This document shows positions 1 to 8,310 of a stretch of 45,845 bases of DNA, piece by piece. Numbering within the stretch: the stretch's first letter is position 1; each line of letters starts with the position of its first letter. The position numbers and the translations under genes are program-made. Below the pieces are notes generated by a model. It ran no database searches. It was not told the origin of the DNA and worked only from the letters and a program-made list of their open reading frames with translations. Source of the stretch: Candidatus Wolframiiraptor sinensis (lineage in GTDB: Archaea; Thermoproteota; Nitrososphaeria_A; Caldarchaeales; Wolframiiraptoraceae). The stretch is from positions 1 to 45,845 of the forward strand of contig JALNKA010000006.1 of the NCBI GenBank assembly GCA_023261815.1. The letters are read 5' to 3'.

Positions 1-347
1 CTCTCCTCCCTCTCTCTCCTATCCATGCCATAGAGCCTCGCGTGGAAGTCGAGGTTCTCCCAGCCCGTGAGCCTATCATCGAGGGCGGGATCTTGGAAGA
101 CGACGCCTATAACACGCCTCACCTGGCTCGGCTGCCTGACGACATCGTAGCTGCAGATCCTCGCCTCGCCCTCGGTCGGCTTGAGTAGCGTCGTGAGCAT
201 CTTGATGGTCGTCGTCTTGCCGGCGCCATTAGGCCCGAGAAAGCCGAAGATCTCGCCCTCCTCAACATCTAGGTCTATGTGGTCGACGGTTACCAAGCCG
301 TCATAAATTCTCGTCAAGCTCCTAGCCTCGATGATGCCCAATTTCAA
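1..347 (-). CDS. ABC transporter ATP-binding protein (DrrA/multidrug-type), truncated by window edge
   Basis: Manual minus-strand translation: ...IDLDVEEGEIFGFLGPNGAGKTTTIKML...VFQDPALDDRLTGWENL. Walker A (GPNGAGKT) and Q-loop present; TTG start at 347 or 341. Not in the ORF track. Confidence 0.9.
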   Translation of the reverse strand, partial: MKLGIIEARSLTRIYDGLVTVDHIDLDVEEGEIFGFLGPNGAGKTTTIKMLTTLLKPTEGEARICSYDVVRQPSQVRRVIGVVFQDPALDDRLTGWENLDFHARLYGMDRREREE

Positions 348-871
348 GCCCAGCGCTAGGCCCCCGATATAAGAGGATTTTGTAACTCAGCTCGTTAAAG
401 CCTGTGAAGATCAGCATCCGAATGTTCTGAGCTGATGATCGGTAAAAGTGCTGCTGCCCATTCGGCCCCGCGCTTACGGCAAATGGTGGGGACAAATTGA
501 GACTGGCCGTGAAGGGTATAAAGGGTATATGAGACGTATGAAGAGTTTTTGCGCTTCATAGTATGCCGTCTCGGGAAAAATTAACGAAGAAATGCTTTTC
601 CATTGGGCGGAAGGTCATTGAAGGTTAATTGCGATGCGAAGGGAAGATTCCCGGGGCATCCTCCTCCGCGAAAAGAGGACATCATAGAGGTATTGCGCGT
701 GGCCCTGTAATCAACTCTGAGGCCGCGCATCTTCAAGGATCTTGACCTTCAGTCCTTCCAGCATAGTCATTCATGTTGCGACCGTTAAAGCCTCCGCAAA
801 AAAGCTGATCATTGCATAATTACTGAAGACGGAAAATGCGCGTTCAAGAAGATATCTGGGTTAAATGGTAG

Positions 872-962
872 TGGGCCGGGTGGGATTCGAACCCACGACC
901 TCCGCCGTATCCTCCGTGGAGCAGGTGTGAGGGCGGCGTCATAGCCCCTAGACTACCGGCCC
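872..962 (-). tRNA. tRNA-Val(CAC) with 18-nt anticodon-loop intron (about 909-926)
   Basis: Acceptor GGGCCGG/CCGGCCC-A, anticodon stem CCGCC/GGCGG, CT-CAC, T arm GTGGG-TTCGAAT-CCCAC. Confidence 0.93.
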
Positions 963-1308
963 AAGCCGTCCTAAATCTGCTCCAACTTAAAAATTTTAAA
1001 CAACAGTAAATCATCCTGCTAGGAACAGGTTACGAGGGTTAAGCCACCTTACGGCGAGGATACGCTCGAACTCGAGATCAAGAGGGATGCGAGGTCCTAA
1101 AATCGAGGAACATGCAGAAGGTCAGTCCCATGGCCGAGATCCGAGTTCTAATCGCAGCCGTCTCCGTGGAGAAGAACGAGTTGATGAGAATGCTCAGCCG
1201 CGAGGTTCTGGAAAATGCTAAATGATAAATCGTGGATCATCTGATGATGGGTCCCTATATCATACCCCTAATGAGGGCCGGGGCCTAAGATTATTTAGCT
1301 TCCTCGAA

Positions 1309-1869
1309 TCATTTGGAAGTATCATCGCTTCTCAGCGCCAACACTCTCTTCCCCCTGGGGCTCGGAATTATCCTCAACTTCGCGTTCGAGAACTCTCTAC
1401 GAAGCTCCTCTCCCTCTTGGAGCCAGTCGAGGAATGTAGCTAGGGCCGCGATCTCGCTATGGGGCTGATTTCCGATCGCGATATTGTAGTCCGCTAGGCC
1501 GTAAACCTCTCCCGGAACCCTCTCGCTCCCAATGATTATCAGCAGGCTTCTCCCCTCCCTCCAGATCCTCCTAACCTCATCTATCACATCGGGGAGGTTT
1601 ACGCCATACATGGTCAGGTGGATTATCGCTGCTCCGGCCTCCTTAAACCTGCGGATAACTTCTCTCCAGCTATCCTCGAACCTCGCGGAGAATGATCCTC
1701 CCCACTTCTCCACGACGCCTTCTATGCGGCGTATCAAATCATCATCGCGATCTCCCACGATTATTATCTCGTCGGCGCCATAAGCCCTCGCGACTAGAGC
1801 GGCGTGCGTAGTCACCCTCTTATCTCTCGGCACCCTGTGGCCGAGCCTTAGAACGGTTATCCTCGACAT
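1309..1869 (-). CDS. trm56: tRNA (cytidine(56)-2'-O)-methyltransferase
   Basis: VLRLGHRVPRDKRVTTH, HLTMYG and NQPHSEIAALA motifs of aTrm56. Confidence 0.95.
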   Translation of the reverse strand: MSRITVLRLGHRVPRDKRVTTHAALVARAYGADEIIIVGDRDDDLIRRIEGVVEKWGGSFSARFEDSWREVIRRFKEAGAAIIHLTMYGVNLPDVIDEVRRIWREGRSLLIIIGSERVPGEVYGLADYNIAIGNQPHSEIAALATFLDWLQEGEELRREFSNAKLRIIPSPRGKRVLALRSDDTSK

Positions 1870-1879
1870 GCCTTGAGTG

Positions 1880-2434
1880 CTACTCCGCCTTCTCGGCCAC
1901 CTCAGGCCTCCTTGCCTCCATCATCTCTGTTAAAGCCTTCTCGATCTCCTCTATCCTCCGCCTGAGAGCCTCAATGAGATCCTTGTTCTCATGGGGCTCC
2001 ATGGACTTCTTGCATACGGGGCATTTAAAGAGATGCTCTATGGCCTGGTCGAAGAGGAGCCTCGGGTGGCCCAGGGTCCCGCACCAGTAGAACTGGTTGC
2101 TCTCCTCGGCGCGAAGCTTTTCGAGAAGCCTCTCCTTGATCTTCTGCATGTTCGAGATTATGAATCCTGTTGCCTGCTCCTCCTGAACATACCACTTGAA
2201 TATCCTGTGCCCCGTCTTCTTATCCCTAGCCAGCTCGTAGTAGAGTATCCCGATGCTGTTGAGCTTGTGGAGCAGCTTCCTCACCTCGCGCACATCCATG
2301 TTAAGCTTCTTGGCGATCTGCTCATCGACCACGCCGGGCTTGCTTATTAGAAGCCTCATGACCTTCGCGGCATCATCTCCGCCGACGAGCCTTGCAAGTT
2401 CGACTAGGGTCTCCTTCTCCATTATCAGGAGCAT
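1880..2434 (-). CDS. tfe: Transcription factor E (TFIIE-alpha homolog)
   Basis: Winged HTH (DEQIAKKLNMDVREVRKLL) plus Zn ribbon (YWC..H...FKCPVC); adjacent to trm56. Confidence 0.92.
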   Translation of the reverse strand: MLLIMEKETLVELARLVGGDDAAKVMRLLISKPGVVDEQIAKKLNMDVREVRKLLHKLNSIGILYYELARDKKTGHRIFKWYVQEEQATGFIISNMQKIKERLLEKLRAEESNQFYWCGTLGHPRLLFDQAIEHLFKCPVCKKSMEPHENKDLIEALRRRIEEIEKALTEMMEARRPEVAEKAE

Positions 2435-2483
2435 CCCGATAAATAGAACTTATAGCGTTGCCTAAAAAACTTCCCCCGCGGAG

Positions 2484-3215
2484 ATGATTCTCGCGGAGAA
2501 GGCCGTGGGAAGGCGGGATCTGATCAAGGCGGTTGAAACGTGGCTCAACAGAGTCCTCGAGGAGGCCTCGGATTTCAGGGCCGAGGTGTCTGAAGGCCCG
2601 GGTGGATGGATCACCGTAAAGCCCGACGAGGAGCTCATCGAGACCGTAATCCGGCTTCAAGCAAGGCTCGACCCCACCTCATCCGGAAAGCCGCCCTACA
2701 CCGCCCGCGTCCATGAGATCGGGAGATCGAAGATAACAATCGAGTATCCGCTCCCCAATGGCCTTACGGTGAGGAAGATGCTGTCGGCGAGCTCCTTCGC
2801 GGCCGGCTTAGGCTATGATGGCGATAGGCCCATAGAGTTTCTGGATGTCGCCGGGATCTTTGAAGGCGCTCCCATAAGCCTAGCGGCGGACATGCCCTCA
2901 CTAACCCAACTCGAGCTCTTCGCCGAGCAGATGATAAGAGGTCTCGATAGGGTAATGATTCTAAATGCGGCCATAAGCGAGGTCGATGAGATCAGCCGCC
3001 TCCTCGGAGACCAGATAGCCCATCACGATCATTTAACGCTCTCAACGCACATACTATATCTCCGGCTAGGAGCTAGGCTGGATAAACTCACCAGAAAAAT
3101 GCGAGAGAAGCTGTCCGACGGCGCGATAATCAAGCCGCTTCCATGGAAAGAAGCCGCCCAGCTCCTAGAATCCGGTAGCCTCCGCCTAGAAGAGCTTCTC
3201 GCTAGAATCGGGTAG
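2484..3215 (+). CDS. Hypothetical protein (possibly DUF2110-like, by context near tfe)
   Basis: 243-aa ORF filling the tfe-tRNA gap; family guess is from context only. Confidence 0.6.
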   Translation: MILAEKAVGRRDLIKAVETWLNRVLEEASDFRAEVSEGPGGWITVKPDEELIETVIRLQARLDPTSSGKPPYTARVHEIGRSKITIEYPLPNGLTVRKMLSASSFAAGLGYDGDRPIEFLDVAGIFEGAPISLAADMPSLTQLELFAEQMIRGLDRVMILNAAISEVDEISRLLGDQIAHHDHLTLSTHILYLRLGARLDKLTRKMREKLSDGAIIKPLPWKEAAQLLESGSLRLEELLARIG

Positions 3216-3221
3216 AAGATA

Positions 3222-3313
3222 TGGGCCGGGTGGGATTCGAACCCACGACCTCCGCCGTATCCCCCTCATAAGCGAGTGTAAGGGCGGCGTCATAGCCCCT
3301 AGACTACCGGCCC
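3222..3313 (-). tRNA. tRNA-Val(TAC) with 19-nt anticodon-loop intron (about 3259-3277)
   Basis: Exons identical to 872-962 except the wobble base; different intron. Confidence 0.93.
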
Positions 3314-3373
3314 GCGAGCTCATTCACCGACTAGGGCTCGCCAAGACTTTAACATTTCCACGCATTATCCCGC

Positions 3374-3787
3374 CTAATACTCAATCCTCCAGGTCCAGGC
3401 TCCATCAACCCACTTCAACCCGTATCTTCTCTTGACCTCCTCGCGCTTGCTCTCGACAACCCTCATGAACTCATCATCGACTACGAGCCTCTCGCCATAC
3501 TCCAGGGCATCCAGGATCAAGAGATTGGGCTTCTCGAGCTCCTCCAAGAATCTCCTCGTGCTATATCCATGCGGCTCAACGCGCCCCCGCTTAAGCCTAA
3601 TGAAGTTCTCAGCGGGATCATCTGAAAGATCGTCGGACACTATTAGCAGGTCTATGTCGCTGCTCTCCATCCAGTCTCCGCGAGCCAGCGAGCCGAATAG
3701 AATGACGAGCTTTAGATCGAGCTCTCGCCCGAGCTCCGACAAGTATCTCTCAAGCTCCTCGTATCTTCTCCTTAAGATATCGGACAA
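3374..3787 (-). CDS. Minimal nucleotidyltransferase (MNT) antitoxin, pair 1
   Basis: FGSLARGDWMESSDIDLL = GSx10DxD motif; overlaps the upstream HEPN gene. Confidence 0.9.
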   Translation of the reverse strand: MSDILRRRYEELERYLSELGRELDLKLVILFGSLARGDWMESSDIDLLIVSDDLSDDPAENFIRLKRGRVEPHGYSTRRFLEELEKPNLLILDALEYGERLVVDDEFMRVVESKREEVKRRYGLKWVDGAWTWRIEY

Positions 3788-4145
3788 GCTCCTCAGCCTC
3801 CCTTAAAGCCTTCTCAGCATCCTCTAGAGAATAATAATCGACTGGAGCGCCGGAATAGAACGTGTTCACATATCTTGATTGAATGTAGTGCCTGTCCAAG
3901 CTCAGCGCTTTTCTCCGCATCTCCTCTAGGATCTCGATGCCAAGCTCCCGCGCCTTATCGAGCAGGCTACTCACGCTATGACCTCTCGCCTCAACCCCGA
4001 GGGACTCGAGCAAGGCCTTTGCAGCATACTCAGCCGCCTGATGGGCGAAGAAGCATGAAGCCCAATAATGCCCATCCTCTTTAGAATCCCTAGCCTGAGA
4101 TAGCGCGGCATCCGCCTGCCGGAGCCAGTCGGCAACCCTCCTCAA
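3750..4145 (-). CDS. HEPN domain protein, pair 1
   Basis: ACFFAHQAAEYAAKA-like motif (ASCFFAHQAAEYAAKA), GHSV, LDRHYIQSRY. Confidence 0.9.
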   Translation of the reverse strand: MRRVADWLRQADAALSQARDSKEDGHYWASCFFAHQAAEYAAKALLESLGVEARGHSVSSLLDKARELGIEILEEMRRKALSLDRHYIQSRYVNTFYSGAPVDYYSLEDAEKALREAEELVRYLKEKIRGA

Positions 4146-4216
4146 CTTCTCCTCAAAAGATCATTCGCCACCATCTTTAATCTATTTGCTCAGAATGCTC
4201 AGCCTGGAAGAGGATG

Positions 4217-4549
4217 TTAAATCTCCTCGAATTTTCCCATGAACCTCCTATACCAGTCCTGATATTCCTCCTCTGAGACGATATGCAGCTCCACGGGCAC
4301 GTCATATCCGAGCCTCCTACGAATTTCAGCCTTCAACTCAACGCGCTCCTCCGCTCCAAGATCGCATATCACCAGAACGTCAATGTCGCTTAGCGCTGTT
4401 GCCTTGCCATCGACGACCGACCCGAAGACGAGCACCCTGACATTCCGGCACCTCTCCATGGCGATCCGCTTCACGGCCTCCGCTACTCTGCGATAATCCC
4501 TCAGATAGCCTAGAATCTTTTTACCCGACTCGATGTATTGATCAAACAT
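4217..4549 (-). CDS. MNT antitoxin, pair 2
   Basis: FGSVVDGKATALSDIDVL; ELHIV. Confidence 0.9.
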   Translation of the reverse strand: MFDQYIESGKKILGYLRDYRRVAEAVKRIAMERCRNVRVLVFGSVVDGKATALSDIDVLVICDLGAEERVELKAEIRRRLGYDVPVELHIVSEEEYQDWYRRFMGKFEEI

Positions 4550-4925
4550 CCCTGATCACCTCCTCGAGCTTGTCGGCGAGTTTGAGGAGCTCCTCGACCT
4601 CCCTCCTCTCATATCTTCTCGGGAGATATCTTGACCCTATATACGCGTCCTCCATTTTCGTGAGGAGTATTATCTCCGAGTCTATGAACCTCGCGAGATT
4701 CTTCTCGGGCACGAGCTTATCGAGATCTCTTAAAAGCCTTATGATCGAGTGGGTTCTCGGATAAGTTCCGGTCCTGATCAGCAGCTTATACTTGAGAATT
4801 AACTGGCAGAATTGCTCTATGTTGAATGCCGCCAGGTCATACTCTCCCTCATCTAGGAGTCTCCTGGCGTTGCGAAGAAATGCGTGAGCACGCATCCTGA
4901 GAATCTCGGCTTCATCGGCGGACAT
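4542..4925 (-). CDS. HEPN domain protein, pair 2
   Basis: YDLAAFNIEQFCQLILK, PRTHSI, LTKMEDAYIGSRY. Confidence 0.9.
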   Translation of the reverse strand: MSADEAEILRMRAHAFLRNARRLLDEGEYDLAAFNIEQFCQLILKYKLLIRTGTYPRTHSIIRLLRDLDKLVPEKNLARFIDSEIILLTKMEDAYIGSRYLPRRYERREVEELLKLADKLEEVIRDV

Positions 4926-5018
4926 TCGATTAAACTTGCTGGCTTAGCGTATTTAAGCTTGCCTTAACGCGCGATCGATCGCGGATGCTTAAAGCCAAGC
5001 CGTGTCAAGCATCACATC

Positions 5019-5372
5019 ATGCTCGGAAGAAGCGCTAGGTGCAGGGCTTACATTCTGCTCGTGGAGTACTCCTCCATCCCGCTTCTGATAGGCCTATATC
5101 TCCTTTATCTCTCAGGCTATGGCTTGGTAACTCCTAAGGTCAGGTGGCTGACATTCGGGTTCCTCGGCCATAGGGAAAGCATCATCTTTCACACGGGAAT
5201 TCTCCCCCATGTCACGGGGATCCTCGCAATTCTGCACGCGGTCGGAGGGCTTGGCTTGATGATTAATCGCCGCGTAAGGGATCCCACTCTGAGGGCGGCT
5301 TTGGAGCTCCTGAACATCCTCATCGTCGGCGCATTTCTCTTCATTCAATTGACTTTTCTGGCTCTATTCTGA
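5019..5372 (+). CDS. Small integral membrane protein (3 TM), possibly heme-b/His-ligating
   Basis: Three hydrophobic segments, LSGYGL and spaced His residues (FH...H...LH). Confidence 0.65.
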   Translation: MLGRSARCRAYILLVEYSSIPLLIGLYLLYLSGYGLVTPKVRWLTFGFLGHRESIIFHTGILPHVTGILAILHAVGGLGLMINRRVRDPTLRAALELLNILIVGAFLFIQLTFLALF

Positions 5373-5408
5373 GAAGATTCATTAAGGGAGCTGAGGAATG
5401 CTGGTGCG

Positions 5409-6305
5409 ATGAGCTATGACATCATGAGGTTGATCGGCAACACGCCGGTCATAAGACTCAGAAGGATCGCCGGCGAAGGCTCAGCGGAAGTGCACGTTAA
5501 GCTCGAGTACCTCAACCCGACCGGGAGCCATAAGGATAGGATAGCTTATTACATGATCCGGGATGCTGAGGAGAGGGGGCTGATAAGACCCGGGGATGAG
5601 GTTGTGGAGGCCTCGAGCGGCAACACCGCGATCTCGGTTGCTTGGATCGGCTCCATCCGGGGATACCGGGTCAAGATATTCGTCGAGGAGGGGGTCTTGG
5701 AGGCAAAGCTTAGCCTGATAAGATCATTCGGCGCGGAGGTCATTAAGGTGCCGCCCGCGAAGGGCAGCTACACGGATGTCGCGAGAAAATATGCCGAGGA
5801 TCACGGACTCCTCTTCCTCAATCAATACGATAATGAGGCCAATGTAAGAGCGCATTATGAAACGACGGGGACTGAGCTCCTCAAGCAGCTCGATGGAAGA
5901 ATCGATGCATTCGTAATGGGGATCGGGACATGCGGGACGATCGCGGGAGTCGGAAAGCTCCTCAGAGAAAAGCTCGGGGAAGGAGTAAGGATAGTTGGCG
6001 TGGTTCCTAGGGGCTCGAGGATAATCCGTGAATGTGGGAGGCCCGATAAGATCGAGGGGCTGGCTTCGGACCTAGTTCCAGGAATCTGGAAGCGCTACCA
6101 CCACATCGTGGATGAAATCATCGAGGTGAGCTATGAGGATGCAATCCAAGCCGTGAAGGCGCTGATCAGGCATGAGGGGATTCTCGGAGGCCCCCCAACG
6201 GGCGCGAACATCCACGCGGCCCTCAAGGTAGCTAGGGAGCTCGGGCGGGGGATAGTAGCAACAATCGCCCCCGACACGATCCTGAAGTACCCGCACATAT
6301 TATAG
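5409..6305 (+). CDS. PLP-dependent cysteine synthase family protein
   Basis: IGNTP, KLEYLNPTGSHKDR (PLP Lys), EASSGNT, GIGTCGT, KIEGL. Confidence 0.92.
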   Translation: MSYDIMRLIGNTPVIRLRRIAGEGSAEVHVKLEYLNPTGSHKDRIAYYMIRDAEERGLIRPGDEVVEASSGNTAISVAWIGSIRGYRVKIFVEEGVLEAKLSLIRSFGAEVIKVPPAKGSYTDVARKYAEDHGLLFLNQYDNEANVRAHYETTGTELLKQLDGRIDAFVMGIGTCGTIAGVGKLLREKLGEGVRIVGVVPRGSRIIRECGRPDKIEGLASDLVPGIWKRYHHIVDEIIEVSYEDAIQAVKALIRHEGILGGPPTGANIHAALKVARELGRGIVATIAPDTILKYPHIL

Positions 6306-6379
6306 CCTCTCAACAAACCCAGCCGCATGATTGTGGCCGGAAACCTTCTTATGCATTCTAGCGCATTGATTCTGGGCTG

Positions 6380-6781
6380 ATGAGGGAGGAGTGGCGGCGC
6401 TGGATCGATGAGGCGAGATGGGATCTGGAGACGGCTAGAATACTTCACCAGAATGGGCGATACAACGCGGCCTGCTTCTATGCTCATCAGGCCGGCGAGA
6501 AAGCCGTGAAAGCCCTTCTTTATGGGATCAATGAGGCGCCATGGGGCCGCAGCATACGAGTCCTGCTCGAAAGATACATAGAGAAATCCGGGGATCGAGG
6601 TGCGGAAAAGCTCCTCAGCTATGCTAGGGAGCTTGATAGGCATTACATTCCATCGAGATATCCAAATGCCCATCCCTCGGGAACATCATATGAGGCCTAC
6701 GACCCGGAGACGTCACGCGAGTCCATAAGCTATGCTCAGGAGATCGTGAATTATGCTTCAGAGAGGCTGGGCGTAAAATGA
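6380..6781 (+). CDS. HEPN domain protein, pair 3
   Basis: ACFYAHQAGEKAVKA, LDRHYIPSRYPN. Confidence 0.9.
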   Translation: MREEWRRWIDEARWDLETARILHQNGRYNAACFYAHQAGEKAVKALLYGINEAPWGRSIRVLLERYIEKSGDRGAEKLLSYARELDRHYIPSRYPNAHPSGTSYEAYDPETSRESISYAQEIVNYASERLGVK

Positions 6782-7170
6782 TCGAGGAGCTCCAGGAATA
6801 CGTGAGTAGGGTGATGCGCGCTGTGAAGCTGCATGCGGCCATACTCTTCGGCTCCAGAGCGCGCGGCGATCATGGCCCATGGAGCGACTACGACATACTC
6901 TTGATAGGCGATTTTCACGACCCCTATCTCAAGAGGTTAAAGATGCTCTTTGAGCTAACAGAGGGGTTGCGGATACCGGTGGAGCCGCATCCATATACGC
7001 TCGATGAGGCTTTAGAGATGCTTGAAAGAGGAAACCCGATAATCGTCGATGCTATGGAGGAGGGAAGGATGCTTTACGCGAATGATGTGTTCAAAGTACT
7101 CCTAGCAAAGTATCATGAAATGAAGCGCGCTGGTAAGCTCAAGAGAACGAAAACCTCCATAACGTTCTAA
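6778..7170 (+). CDS. MNT antitoxin, pair 3
   Basis: FGSRARGDHGPWSDYDIL; 4-nt overlap with the HEPN gene. Confidence 0.9.
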   Translation: MIEELQEYVSRVMRAVKLHAAILFGSRARGDHGPWSDYDILLIGDFHDPYLKRLKMLFELTEGLRIPVEPHPYTLDEALEMLERGNPIIVDAMEEGRMLYANDVFKVLLAKYHEMKRAGKLKRTKTSITF

Positions 7171-7257
7171 GTTCTGGCTTGGATGCATAATCATCCGAAA
7201 GTATTAAGAACTGAAATGTTAAATAGCCTGCACGTCCATCGAGCTTTCGGCGTGGTA

Positions 7258-7674
7258 ATGGAGCGATTTGAGGAAGCAAAACGATGGTTTATGCAAGCCG
7301 TGAGGGATCTTAAAGCATCCAAGGACAGTCACAGCATGGGCAACTTTGAGTGGGCTGTTTTCCAAGCACAGCAGTCCGCCGAGAAGGCTCTGAAAGCATT
7401 ACTTCATGCTCATGGGAGGGGTGCCTGGGGCCACAGCGTATTAGAATTGCTTGAGGCTTTGAGGGAGCTCCATGGCTCCGAGGTCGATCTATTCTTATCT
7501 AAGGCTCGTGAGCTGGATAGGCACTATATCCCGAGCAGGTATCCGAATGCGTTTGAGTCGGGTTATCCGGGTCAATACTATGATGAGGAAGTGTCGGGGC
7601 GGGCCATAGGATATGCGGAGGAGATTGTGGATTGGGCGAGGCGGAAGCTAGAGGAGATTGGATTAAAGCTTTGA
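7258..7674 (+). CDS. HEPN domain protein, pair 4 (likely start 7258, MERFEEA)
   Basis: WAVFQAQQSAEKALKA, GHSV, LDRHYIPSRYPN. Confidence 0.88.
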   Translation: MERFEEAKRWFMQAVRDLKASKDSHSMGNFEWAVFQAQQSAEKALKALLHAHGRGAWGHSVLELLEALRELHGSEVDLFLSKARELDRHYIPSRYPNAFESGYPGQYYDEEVSGRAIGYAEEIVDWARRKLEEIGLKL

Positions 7675-8045
7675 GGGCTTTCGAGAAGCACCTCTCCAAG
7701 CTGATCTCGATAGAGGCTTTAATAGTGCATGGATCCGCCTGTAGAAGCGGCCTAGGCCCAACAAGCGATATAGACGTTCTCGTGATAAGCGACGATTTCG
7801 AGAATCTAGCTCTTCATAAAAGATTGAGCATTCTGGAGGAGGCCAGGGTCGAAAGAATACAAGCTTTAGGCTACACGTTCTCAGAGCTCGAGAAAATGGT
7901 TTTACGAGCCAACCCATTGGCCCTAGGAGCATTGGTGGAAGGCATAATGATAACATCTTCGGAGAGGATTCAACAGCTAAAAGAGCGGGCAAAGAAGATG
8001 TATATTAGGGAGGGAAGAGTCTGGAAACCTAGCTCATCTCAATGA
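7632..8045 (+). CDS. MNT antitoxin, pair 4
   Basis: HGSACRSGLGPTSDIDVLVISDDF; start uncertain. Confidence 0.85.
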   Translation: MGEAEARGDWIKALRAFEKHLSKLISIEALIVHGSACRSGLGPTSDIDVLVISDDFENLALHKRLSILEEARVERIQALGYTFSELEKMVLRANPLALGALVEGIMITSSERIQQLKERAKKMYIREGRVWKPSSSQ

Positions 8046-8310
8046 TTAGCTAATCACGTTCGTTATTCTACGAGCCGTATGGTAAGGGGGATTGTGCAGC
8101 GTGGGGTAAATAGATCCTTAAACATAGGGGGACATAGTTTTTAGCGAGCTGTTTGAGGAGATGTTGCTATCTTATGATGAAGCTGGTTTTCTTGATGGCT
8201 TATGCTAGCTCCTCATAAGCTCGGTCAACTGATAAACTTGTAAAGTGAGTGATTGATTAAGGAAATACTTGCTGGAGGTTTTAATGAAACGGCTCTTGCG
8301 CTGAGCATCC

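Noticed and set aside
1021-1300. Possible gene remnant or C/D sRNA between tRNA-Val and trm56
   Set aside because: Only short broken frames and imperfect boxes; no supportable call.
872-3313. Integrated element bounded by tRNA direct repeats (attL/attR)
   Set aside because: Both repeats are complete tRNAs with different anticodons and introns; the enclosed genes are core (trm56, tfe) and there is no integrase.
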